Both the position numbers and the translations under genes were made by a program. Source: Promethearchaeota archaeon (GTDB lineage: Archaea > Asgardarchaeota > Lokiarchaeia > Sigyniarchaeales > SOKP01). From it: a stretch of DNA of 16,483 nt. The stretch spans positions 1 through 16,483 of the forward strand of contig JBHLNZ010000065.1 of the NCBI GenBank assembly GCA_048941015.1. Direction: 5' to 3'. The notes under the pieces are model-generated. The model made no database searches. It worked only from the letters and a program-made list of their open reading frames with translations, and had not been told where the DNA came from. This document shows positions 1 to 7,673 of the stretch, in pieces (the stretch's first letter is position 1; every line of letters begins with the position of its first letter).

Positions 1-1
1 A

Positions 2-169
2 GATTCAATTGAATCTTTATCGAAAATATCTAGTCTACAAAAAATTCTTAATGAACAACAAGAAGATGGTCTTTGGAATTTAAAATTATTACGTCCTGGC
101 GGAGAAAAAGATATTAAACATTGGATAAGTTATTTAGTATGTAGAACATTTAAGAGATTTTTTAATTAA
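2..169 (+). CDS. 3' end of a gene entering from the left; prenyltransferase/squalene-cyclase (QW) repeat-like protein (partial)
   Basis: Not in the ORF track. The frame starting at base 2 is open to TAA at 167-169: DSIESLSKISSLQKILNEQQEDGLWNLKLLRPGGEKDIKHWISYLVCRTFKRFFN*. QQEDGLW (56-76) fits the QxxDGxW repeat. It converges on the MFS gene. Confidence 0.55.
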   Translation, partial: DSIESLSKISSLQKILNEQQEDGLWNLKLLRPGGEKDIKHWISYLVCRTFKRFFN

Positions 170-211
170 TTTGACAGTAAATTGGAGTTTCTATAGAAAA
201 AAGTAGAAAAT

Positions 212-1528
212 TCAATAATCTAATTGCTCTGCCATATAAGGTTTTAATTTTTTAATAGCAATTATATAGAGCGGAATTAATGAGGCCTCCACAAAAATTG
301 AAATAATAAATGGGACTTTGTGGCCAAGATAATCCCATGCGAAACCTCCAATTATTGGACCTATTATAGCCCCAACAAAGCTCATCCATTGGGAAATTCC
401 AAAAATTTTTCCACGATGCCCTTTAGATATACGACTTATGATGTTTTGCAAAATTAGCCCTCCTGCCCATCCAAAACTAGAATCTAATAATAACATTATC
501 GAAAACACAATTCCATTTGTACTATTAATAATTAACCATGTGATTAAAGAGCCAAATCCACTTACTATTGCCATACCTATCATTGGATTAATTTTATCCG
601 CCAACTTTCCCATTTTTGGTGATAATAAAAGAGAAAAGATTTGACTTGGGAAATATATTAACATAACTATTACTGCATTATCAATCTTTAACTCTTCTAT
701 TAGATATACTTGAAAAAATGGAGGGCCTATAGTTTGATTAATATTACTCGTCATAAATGCTGTAATCAATACAATAAATCCAATGATAAAACCAAATGAG
801 AACTTTGAAATTTTTTGATTACTTTGAGAAGATTTAATATGTTTTTTATCAGATTCTTTCATTTCAGATAAACTACTATTTCCACCAATGTGATTCTCAT
901 AGGTTAAATGTTCATCTACTTGACGATTAAATATTATACCAGCATAAATATTTGAAGCTGTAAATAAGATTAGAGGAGAATAAACTATAAATCGATTTTC
1001 TGGTATAAAGACATTTGCTAAACCGAAAATTATGAAACTTAAAATCGAGCCAACTAGATTGCCTTTTCCAAGCATTCCCCCTTGTTTTCCAAATGCTGAT
1101 GATCTATATGATTTATGAGATTTTTCTGACATTAAAGCATATAAAGGACTCCAAAAAAATCCTACAAAAAATCCTAAAATAAATAAACCTGTCGTAAATA
1201 TCGGTAATGATGCAATCAGAATACCTAAATACATTACAAAATATGAAGCACCTCTGCCAAAACTTCCAATAAGAACGAGAAGTTTTTTTGAAACACGATC
1301 GGTTAAAAAACCTACCAGTGGAGAGCTAAGTAACCCCCCAAAAGTCTGAAATGCAAAAGCCAATCCTAATTCCGTACCACTTACTCCTAAAATTTGCCAT
1401 GATACATAGGGGATTAAAAACCAAAAGAAGAAAAATCCTAGAGAATTCCAAAAAACTATTCTTATCATAGGTACAAAATCAGGAGTTATTTTATCGTCTC
1501 TTAATTTTGTCTTATTTCGTCTAAACAT
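212..1528 (-). CDS. Major facilitator superfamily transporter (DHA1-like, about 12 TM helices), substrate unknown
   Basis: 438 aa with two hydrophobic halves and a hydrophilic central loop. MFS motif A is GFLTDRVSKK, repeated as GKLADKINP. The C-terminal half has HRGKIFG...GAIIGPIIGG. Confidence 0.9.
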   Translation of the reverse strand: MFRRNKTKLRDDKITPDFVPMIRIVFWNSLGFFFFWFLIPYVSWQILGVSGTELGLAFAFQTFGGLLSSPLVGFLTDRVSKKLLVLIGSFGRGASYFVMYLGILIASLPIFTTGLFILGFFVGFFWSPLYALMSEKSHKSYRSSAFGKQGGMLGKGNLVGSILSFIIFGLANVFIPENRFIVYSPLILFTASNIYAGIIFNRQVDEHLTYENHIGGNSSLSEMKESDKKHIKSSQSNQKISKFSFGFIIGFIVLITAFMTSNINQTIGPPFFQVYLIEELKIDNAVIVMLIYFPSQIFSLLLSPKMGKLADKINPMIGMAIVSGFGSLITWLIINSTNGIVFSIMLLLDSSFGWAGGLILQNIISRISKGHRGKIFGISQWMSFVGAIIGPIIGGFAWDYLGHKVPFIISIFVEASLIPLYIIAIKKLKPYMAEQLDY

Positions 1529-1547
1529 CTTTTAAAGGTTTGAAATC

Positions 1548-1555
1548 TATATAAA
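1548..1555 (-). promoter_or_regulatory. Candidate archaeal TATA box for the MFS gene (likely leaderless transcript)
   Basis: Minus strand reads TTTATATA, ending 20 nt before the ATG at 1528. The AT-rich background limits certainty. Confidence 0.45.
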
Positions 1556-1644
1556 ATGAAAAGTTCTAAATCAAAAAAACTTAATTAAATTTTCTCAAAG
1601 GATATTCTTTCTTTTAAAAATCATACTTTATGAAATAAATGGAT

Positions 1645-1654
1645 AAACCTTAAT
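1645..1654 (+). promoter_or_regulatory. Candidate BRE/TATA element for the OFOR operon
   Basis: AAACCTTAAT in the divergent intergenic region. The same AAACCTTAA core occurs upstream of the Kelch gene (5087-5095). Confidence 0.3.
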
Positions 1655-1721
1655 TTTTTAAGAAGATTTTACTTACTGTAATTCATTATTTCAAAAAAAA
1701 ATATACGTAATATTCAAAAAA

Positions 1722-2723
1722 ATGTTAACTCCAGAACATGTTAAAGAAGTTTTAAAGCAAAATACTATAAATCTACGTTTTCACGCTCGCGGAGGTCAAG
1801 GCGGAGTAACTGCATCAAATCTATGCGTTGAAGCGTTTTATGGTTATGGAATCTGCCAACCAAGATTTGGAGCAGAGAGAATGGGAAGTCCTACTGAAAG
1901 CTATGTTAGATTATCAGCGAATGAAGAATTAATAAGATCTAACGAACAGGTATATGCACCACATTTCGTTGCTGTTTTAGATCCTTCACTTTTGGGAGAA
2001 ATTGACGTTACTTCAGGATTAGCGAAAGGTGGATGGCTTATTGTAAATACTTCATTAGATCAAGTCTCTATTCAGACTGCCGTAGGTAGGAAAGATATCA
2101 ATATTGCAACTATTGATGCTACTCGAATAGCTTTAGACGTTTTAGGAAGAAATATAACTAATACTATTATATTAGGAGCATTAATTAGAGTTTCTCACCT
2201 TTTCACTTTAGAGGAGTTATCTGATGCTATAATGAGAAGATTTAAAGGAGAGATTGCTGGTAAGAATATTGATGCAATTAAACAAGCAATAGAAGAGACT
2301 TGTATTTATGATATCGGTATTGAGCCAGACTTTACTATTGATACCAAAGTTCCATGGCATCAAGTCTTTCCTGGCTTACCTGGCTATAAAGAACTTGATA
2401 AAGCAGGAGTTTGGTATATGGATGAAAATGTTATAGAAATGGGGAGCAGTCAAGTAAATACTGGGTCATGGGGAGAGTGGGATATTATATGGGATGAGGA
2501 AAAGTGTACTGATTGCGCTCAATGTTGGTATATATGCCCTGATTTTGCTATTATTCGAGAAAAAGGAGAGGATGGCCTATGGCATATGAAAGGAATCGAT
2601 TCCTATCATTGTAAGTCATGCCAAAACTGTCTAGAAGTTTGTCCAGTAGATGCTATAAGTAAAAGATTAAAACAAGGACCTGCAGCTTGTGCAGTTCCAG
2701 AAGATCAAGAAGGAGGTAATTAA
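1722..2723 (+). CDS. porC: 2-oxoacid:ferredoxin oxidoreductase, fused gamma + delta (2x[4Fe-4S] ferredoxin) subunit
   Basis: Gamma motifs RFHARGGQGGVTAS, FGAERMGSPTESYVRLS and DATRIALDVLGRNITNTIILGAL. These are followed by the delta motif TGSW and two CxxCxxCxxxCP motifs (CTDCAQCWYICP from C262, CKSCQNCLEVCP from C297). Confidence 0.92.
   Translation: MLTPEHVKEVLKQNTINLRFHARGGQGGVTASNLCVEAFYGYGICQPRFGAERMGSPTESYVRLSANEELIRSNEQVYAPHFVAVLDPSLLGEIDVTSGLAKGGWLIVNTSLDQVSIQTAVGRKDINIATIDATRIALDVLGRNITNTIILGALIRVSHLFTLEELSDAIMRRFKGEIAGKNIDAIKQAIEETCIYDIGIEPDFTIDTKVPWHQVFPGLPGYKELDKAGVWYMDENVIEMGSSQVNTGSWGEWDIIWDEEKCTDCAQCWYICPDFAIIREKGEDGLWHMKGIDSYHCKSCQNCLEVCPVDAISKRLKQGPAACAVPEDQEGGN
2711..2717 (+). 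promoter_or_regulatory. Shine-Dalgarno site for the alpha subunit
   Basis: AGGAGGT ending 8 nt before ATG 2726, inside the last codons of the upstream gene. Confidence 0.7.
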
Positions 2724-2725
2724 TT

Positions 2726-3952
2726 ATGTCAATAGAACCAATGAAAATCTTTTTTAAAGAGATTAAAGAACCAATTGAAACTACAATGATTGGAAATTAT
2801 GCCGTAGCAGGCGGTGTAACTCAAACTGATCCAGATGTAATCTGTGCATTCCCTATAACGCCTCAAACCCAATCGGTTGAGGGATTATCTGATGTAGTTC
2901 ATCAAGGAAGATTGAAAGCAGCTTTTGTTAATGTTGAGTCTGAATTAGCTGCTATTAGTTATTCAACAGCAGCCTGTGCAGCAGGAGCAAGAGCATTTAC
3001 AGCTACAGCTAGTCAAGGATATTTACTGATGACAGAAGCACTTCCCATGGCAGTAGGATGGAGATTGCCTTTAACAATGATGATTAGTGCAAGAGCTTTC
3101 AATTCACCAAATTTAAGTATATGGAATAGTTGGGAATATACACAAGTCAATTCTGAATTAGGTTGGAATATTCTTGTATCAGAAAATGTTCAAGAAACTT
3201 ATGATGCTGCGATACTCTCAGTTATGGTTTCAGAAGAAAGTTTATTTCCAACTATATTTGTTCATGATGGATTTATTATTTCTCACTCCGTTCAAAAATT
3301 AACCTTGATTCCTGATGAAATTGTTAGAAGAATGACTCCAAAAAAGCCTAGACATACAATAAGTACTAACCATCCTGGTACCTGGGGCGGCATTGTTACA
3401 CCCTCTTTTTTTATGGAAGGAAGAGCAAATTTAGAAGAAGCAAAAAAACCAGTACTGGGACAAATGACTAACGTTTTTAATAAATTCAAAAAAGAAACAG
3501 GTAGAGAATACAATTTAATAGAAACATATAATTTAGATAATTCTTCAAAAACAGCATTTTGCACAATGGGTTCTATGTGTGGAAATATTATTAGTTGGAT
3601 GACTAAAAATAAGGATATTGGACTTATTAAAATGAGAGCCTACCGTCCTTTTCCATATGAAGAATTAAGAAAAATTGTTGAACAATATAACTTGGAAAAG
3701 TTAATTCTTTTAGAAAAGAGTGATTCGCTAAATGGAATGTTACCTCCATTTTCAATGTCTGTAGCTAGTGCACTTTATCCTCTTGGAACTCTTTTTAGGA
3801 GTTTTATTGTCGGTTTAGGAGGGCGAGATGTAACTAGAGACGAGTTTGACATTGCAAAGAAAAAAATAGCAAAAGTGTCAGATATGAAAGGACAATTGTA
3901 TTCATATCTTGGTCTACGAGAAACTAAAGAAAAAATTTATGGGGTGGATTAA
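2726..3952 (+). CDS. porA: 2-oxoacid:ferredoxin oxidoreductase alpha subunit (PorA family)
   Basis: Motifs GNYAVA, AFPITPQT, VESE, AAGARAFTATASQG, DGFIISH, YRPFP and GLGGRDV. It starts 2 nt after the gamma-delta stop. Confidence 0.93.
   Translation: MSIEPMKIFFKEIKEPIETTMIGNYAVAGGVTQTDPDVICAFPITPQTQSVEGLSDVVHQGRLKAAFVNVESELAAISYSTAACAAGARAFTATASQGYLLMTEALPMAVGWRLPLTMMISARAFNSPNLSIWNSWEYTQVNSELGWNILVSENVQETYDAAILSVMVSEESLFPTIFVHDGFIISHSVQKLTLIPDEIVRRMTPKKPRHTISTNHPGTWGGIVTPSFFMEGRANLEEAKKPVLGQMTNVFNKFKKETGREYNLIETYNLDNSSKTAFCTMGSMCGNIISWMTKNKDIGLIKMRAYRPFPYEELRKIVEQYNLEKLILLEKSDSLNGMLPPFSMSVASALYPLGTLFRSFIVGLGGRDVTRDEFDIAKKKIAKVSDMKGQLYSYLGLRETKEKIYGVD
3941..3946 (+). promoter_or_regulatory. 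Shine-Dalgarno-like site for the permuted beta subunit
   Basis: GGGGTG ending 9 nt before ATG 3956, which supports this as the real start. Confidence 0.55.
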
Positions 3953-3955
3953 AAC

Positions 3956-5035
3956 ATGTCAGAAAGAAATGTAATTAATTATGAAGATATTCTAGCTAGA
4001 AAAGAAAAGTCCAACGTATTATTCTTTAATTATGATAATGAAGCATTCATGAATACAGGGATCCAAGAAAGTGGTGGAACTCCACCCTTCGCTTCTACCA
4101 CTACTGGTCCGGCTGGTGAAAAAATCCCAGGAAAAATAGGTGTAAAACAAGATTTAGTAACTCCTTTTGCTTTTTTTGGAACTAAAAAGCTCTTTTTAGC
4201 AACAGTAAATCCAGCTTATCCTACAGATTTTATGGGCAAAGTTGCTGATGCACTTAAATCTAATGGTTCTGCTTTTATACAAGCATACTCAGACTGCATG
4301 AGGGGTTGGCGTCATGGTGCTGAATCCGCTTTAGAAATATCAAAATTAGCGACTGATTGCGGATATTGGCCACTTTATACCGTAAGGGTAGAAGATGGTA
4401 TGCCCAAGTTCACATATTTTAGAGGTTTAGACATTAATAAAGATAAATTCGTAGATTATTTGAAATCAATGGGTAAATTTCGCCATCTTTTTAAACCAAA
4501 ATTTATGGAAAAAGAGATAGATCAAATAATTTACTTGACAGAACAAAGAAATGAAAAAATAAAGCGATTAGTTGACAAATTTGGATCTGACAAACCTATA
4601 GATTTCTATCGAATAAATCGTAAGAAATTAGAACCTCAAAATCATCTACAACCGGGACATGGGCTTTGTCCAGGATGCGGAGCAGGAATGGTTTTAAATC
4701 AACTAGCAACTGCCGCTCAAGCAGTTGGTGGGAATAACGTAATTTATGTAAACAATACGAGTTGTTCAGAAGTTTCCACTTCAAAAGACTATGTGACCTC
4801 TTGGAATGTCCCATGGGTTCATCATTTATTCGAATCAGGCGCTACAGTTGCAGAAGCAATAAGCACTGCTTATAAAATTATGAAATCAAAAGGCGAATTT
4901 GATGGTGAGATTCCATATGTTATTCATATTGGGGGCGACGGCTCAACATATGATATTGGCTTTCAATTCTTAAAATCTGCCTTAATAAGGACAAGTTCAT
5001 TTGTAGAAATGAATGAATATCTCAAACAGCATTAA
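3956..5035 (+). CDS. porB: 2-oxoacid:ferredoxin oxidoreductase beta (ThDP-binding) subunit, circularly permuted
   Basis: All PorB motifs are present but in swapped order. YDNEAFMNTGIQ-SG-TP (res 26 on), SDCMRGW (C114), GYWPLY and YLKSMGKFRHL come first. PGHGLCPGCG (C238/C241), TSCSEV (C270), SWNVPWVHHLFE and GGDGSTYDIG (G326 on) come last. Confidence 0.92.
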   Translation: MSERNVINYEDILARKEKSNVLFFNYDNEAFMNTGIQESGGTPPFASTTTGPAGEKIPGKIGVKQDLVTPFAFFGTKKLFLATVNPAYPTDFMGKVADALKSNGSAFIQAYSDCMRGWRHGAESALEISKLATDCGYWPLYTVRVEDGMPKFTYFRGLDINKDKFVDYLKSMGKFRHLFKPKFMEKEIDQIIYLTEQRNEKIKRLVDKFGSDKPIDFYRINRKKLEPQNHLQPGHGLCPGCGAGMVLNQLATAAQAVGGNNVIYVNNTSCSEVSTSKDYVTSWNVPWVHHLFESGATVAEAISTAYKIMKSKGEFDGEIPYVIHIGGDGSTYDIGFQFLKSALIRTSSFVEMNEYLKQH

Positions 5036-5048
5036 ATAAATTCTACTT

Positions 5049-5080
5049 ATTCTTTTCTTTTATTAATAAATCTGTTTTTT
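5049..5080 (+). terminator. T-rich archaeal-type terminator region after the OFOR operon
   Basis: ATTCTTTTCTTTT...CTGTTTTTT shortly after the porB stop. Confidence 0.4.
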
Positions 5081-5085
5081 AAATT

Positions 5086-5098
5086 AAAACCTTAAATA
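5086..5098 (+). promoter_or_regulatory. Candidate BRE/TATA element for the Kelch gene
   Basis: AAAACCTTAAATA matches the archaeal purine-rich BRE plus TTAAATA pattern, about 80 nt upstream of ATG 5181. Confidence 0.4.
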
Positions 5099-5180
5099 CT
5101 TCAAAATTTTTGACCTTAGATTTAAAAGTTTATTTATTTTAATTTTTCCATAATTATCACTTTAGTGAATTGAAGAATTT

Positions 5181-6212
5181 ATGAGAAAAAAAAGCAAAAT
5201 ATTAGTAATTTCTCTTGTAATACTAATAGCTAGTAGTATCTCTATTACTTTCGGAATTCTAATTTACTTTAATAAACCTTCAGCGAGATTTGGCTATGGC
5301 ATGGTTTATGATGAAAGCATTAATAAAGTCATACTATTTGGTGGTGGTTTTCAAGATAGTACGTCCTATACCTATTATGGTGATACATGGGTTTATAATC
5401 CTAGAACAAATTTATGGGCTGAAATTTTTCCCCAAGAGCATCCTACTGCAAGATCAAGTCATTCTATGGTCTACGACGCGATAAATCAGAAAATAATACT
5501 TTTTGGTGGAGTTGATTTAAATGATAATTGGTTGAATGACACATGGATCTTTGACTCTCAAACTAAAAAGTGGACTGAGGTATTTCCCGTAAACAGTCCC
5601 TCAATTAGAGGAAGTTCTTCTTGTTATTACGACCGTCAGGCTCAAAAGGTGATTCTTTTTGGAGGGTATCAAGAAGTGGGAGGGCATTTAAATGACACCT
5701 GGGTATATGATTATTTAACTAATAACTGGACAAATCTTAATCCTTCGATTAAACCAACAGGACGATATGGTGCTCCTATGGTATATGATCCAATAAATAA
5801 AAGGGGTCTTCTTTTTGGTGGTCGCACCACTATTATAACAGATGAAACGTGGGTTTTTTACTATTCTAACAATTCTTGGCTTGAGTTAACTTTGTCAGTT
5901 ATGCCATCCAACAGATATTGGGAAGGTTTGGTTTATGATGAGACCGCTCAAAACGTGTTACTTTATGGAGGGCGTGTTTCTGGAGGAATTGGAGAAGCTT
6001 TGGATGAAACATGGTTATTCGATCCTTTTACCAATCAATGGAGTCAGACGTTTCCAAGCTCTAATCCTACAAGTAGATTTCATGTCTCACTTGTATATGA
6101 TTCTGAGAAAGAAAATGTTATTCTCTTTGGAGGTTTTAGATTTCCAGATGTTTGTTTCGGTGATACATGGAATTATAATTATGATACTAATACTTGGAAT
6201 AAATTAAAATAA
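5181..6212 (+). CDS. Membrane-anchored or secreted Kelch-repeat six-bladed beta-propeller protein
   Basis: Basic N-terminus MRKKSK plus a hydrophobic helix (res ~7-31). Then six repeats of PxxR-x4-(M/L)VYD-x6-(I/L)L(F/Y)GG-x(n)-(D/E)TW-x-(Y/F)-x6-W. Confidence 0.9.
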   Translation: MRKKSKILVISLVILIASSISITFGILIYFNKPSARFGYGMVYDESINKVILFGGGFQDSTSYTYYGDTWVYNPRTNLWAEIFPQEHPTARSSHSMVYDAINQKIILFGGVDLNDNWLNDTWIFDSQTKKWTEVFPVNSPSIRGSSSCYYDRQAQKVILFGGYQEVGGHLNDTWVYDYLTNNWTNLNPSIKPTGRYGAPMVYDPINKRGLLFGGRTTIITDETWVFYYSNNSWLELTLSVMPSNRYWEGLVYDETAQNVLLYGGRVSGGIGEALDETWLFDPFTNQWSQTFPSSNPTSRFHVSLVYDSEKENVILFGGFRFPDVCFGDTWNYNYDTNTWNKLK

Positions 6213-6335
6213 TAATTATAATCAATATATATCAAACAGTAAACATTTCCAAAAGGATTGGTAAATAGGTAATTTCTAATAATTTTTTAACATTTAATAA
6301 TTATTACTATTATAATTAGGAAAAGAGGATCATCT

Positions 6336-7496
6336 TTGACTTTATCAAAACGAGAACGCGTCTTTAAAACTTTAGAGCTTGATGGAGAACCTGATAAGGT
6401 TCCTATACATTGTTTTGGTTTTGAACAAACAGGTATATCTTTTCAAGCTTTTAAAAACTCTGAAGAATGGGATAAAAATGAGAGTTATGTGATAAATAAA
6501 TTTTCAAATGTGAAATATTATATAACAGAACAGCGATTTTGGAATGTAGATCTATGGGGGATGGATCCTTTTGGTGAAAATAAAATAAAAATTAGAAATA
6601 AAACAGCACCCCCAGAATATCCAGAGTGTCGCATTAATATAATGGATGGTCGGATTTATAAGAATGTTAAACAAGTAAATACTGGTTTAGAGTATTCTTG
6701 GTATGTTGATGGGTATTTTAAAAATCCAGAAATTTTAAATTCTTACTGGGATCGATATGGAAAACCAACAGAGCTAATTAATGATAGAATTAATTATTCT
6801 CCTCGAATATGGGAGAGTTTTGTTGAGGCAATTTCCCCATACTTTTATCCAATGGCTAATTTACCAATAAATCCTTCTGAAGCTTTAGTAGGTGGTACCA
6901 CCTTTTTTCGATTTGCTTATTACATGAGAAAAAATCCTAAATTTATACATATGATTATGGATGAATATACAAAGGTTAATATAGAGATTATCAAACGATT
7001 AGATGAAGCTGGAGTCGATATAGTTACTTTTGGTGATGACCTGGGCTATAAAGAGAATCAATTTTTATCTTTGAAGAATTTTCGAGAGTTTATTCTTCCA
7101 TACCATAAAAGAATATATCAAGCTTGCAAAAAAAGGGGAATTTTAATCGTTTTGCACTCTTGTGGTAAAATAGACCCCTTTTTACCAGACTTAGTCGATG
7201 CTGGACTTAATTGTATCCAATCTCTAGAAGCCACAGCAGGAGTTGATTTAAAAGGATTGAAACAATCCTTAGGGAATAAACTATGTTTTATGGGTGGATT
7301 AGACTCATCTGGAATTCTAACATATGGCACACCTAAAGATGTTAAAGAAAATGTGAAAAGTTGTATTAAAAACGCTGGTAAAGGTGGTGGATATTTTGTA
7401 GGACCTAGTCATGACATCTTAAACATTCCCTGGGAAAATATTCTAGCAATGAGAGCTGCAATTGAAAAGTATAGAAACTATCCCTTAAATTTTTGA
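6336..7496 (+). CDS. UroD/MetE/MtaA-CmuA superfamily protein (probable Zn-dependent substrate:corrinoid methyltransferase-like), paralog 1
   Basis: N-terminal KRERV...EPDKVP, GDDLG, HSCG (H274/C276), LCFMGGLD and GGGYFVGPSH. The TTG start is supported by upstream GAGGA and by alignment with the paralog start MNLSKRERV. It lacks the MRQAGR motif of true HemE. Confidence 0.85.
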   Translation: MTLSKRERVFKTLELDGEPDKVPIHCFGFEQTGISFQAFKNSEEWDKNESYVINKFSNVKYYITEQRFWNVDLWGMDPFGENKIKIRNKTAPPEYPECRINIMDGRIYKNVKQVNTGLEYSWYVDGYFKNPEILNSYWDRYGKPTELINDRINYSPRIWESFVEAISPYFYPMANLPINPSEALVGGTTFFRFAYYMRKNPKFIHMIMDEYTKVNIEIIKRLDEAGVDIVTFGDDLGYKENQFLSLKNFREFILPYHKRIYQACKKRGILIVLHSCGKIDPFLPDLVDAGLNCIQSLEATAGVDLKGLKQSLGNKLCFMGGLDSSGILTYGTPKDVKENVKSCIKNAGKGGGYFVGPSHDILNIPWENILAMRAAIEKYRNYPLNF

Positions 7497-7600
7497 AGTA
7501 AATTTATAGAACATTAAATGTAATTCTCTGACCCAACCTAACCATCACTTTGCGCTATTATATAACGTTCTGTTAATTTACTGAAACTGAATTAAAAAAA

Positions 7601-7614
7601 TAAAACTATATATA
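7601..7614 (+). promoter_or_regulatory. Candidate BRE/TATA element for GPH transporter 1
   Basis: TAAAAC-TATATATA about 60 nt upstream of ATG 7674. Confidence 0.45.
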
Positions 7615-7673
7615 AGAATACGAACAACTAAAAAAACACAATAAAAATATTAGGAAAAAAAGTGATTTATTAA

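Noticed and set aside
3956-5035. porB as a truncated pseudogene or two broken fragments
   Set aside because: It is one uninterrupted frame, each canonical motif occurs exactly once, all four Cys and both Mg ligands are intact, and it has an SD-like site with tight operon spacing.
3956-5035. Restoration of normal order by intein-like protein splicing or RNA circularisation
   Set aside because: There are no intein block motifs or terminal His-Asn, and I saw no convincing complementary flanks or bulge-helix-bulge structure. Simple permutation is enough to explain the gene.
1722-5035. Oxalate oxidoreductase call based on the three-subunit layout
   Set aside because: The alpha subunit has PITP rather than the PIRP arginine associated with oxalate binding.
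7494-7496. TGA stops (also 15360-15362 and 212-214) as possible selenocysteine codons
   Set aside because: The UroD-like paralogs end at the same YP(L/I)x(F/L) position whatever the stop codon, and no Cys-equivalent position or SECIS-like hairpin was recognised.
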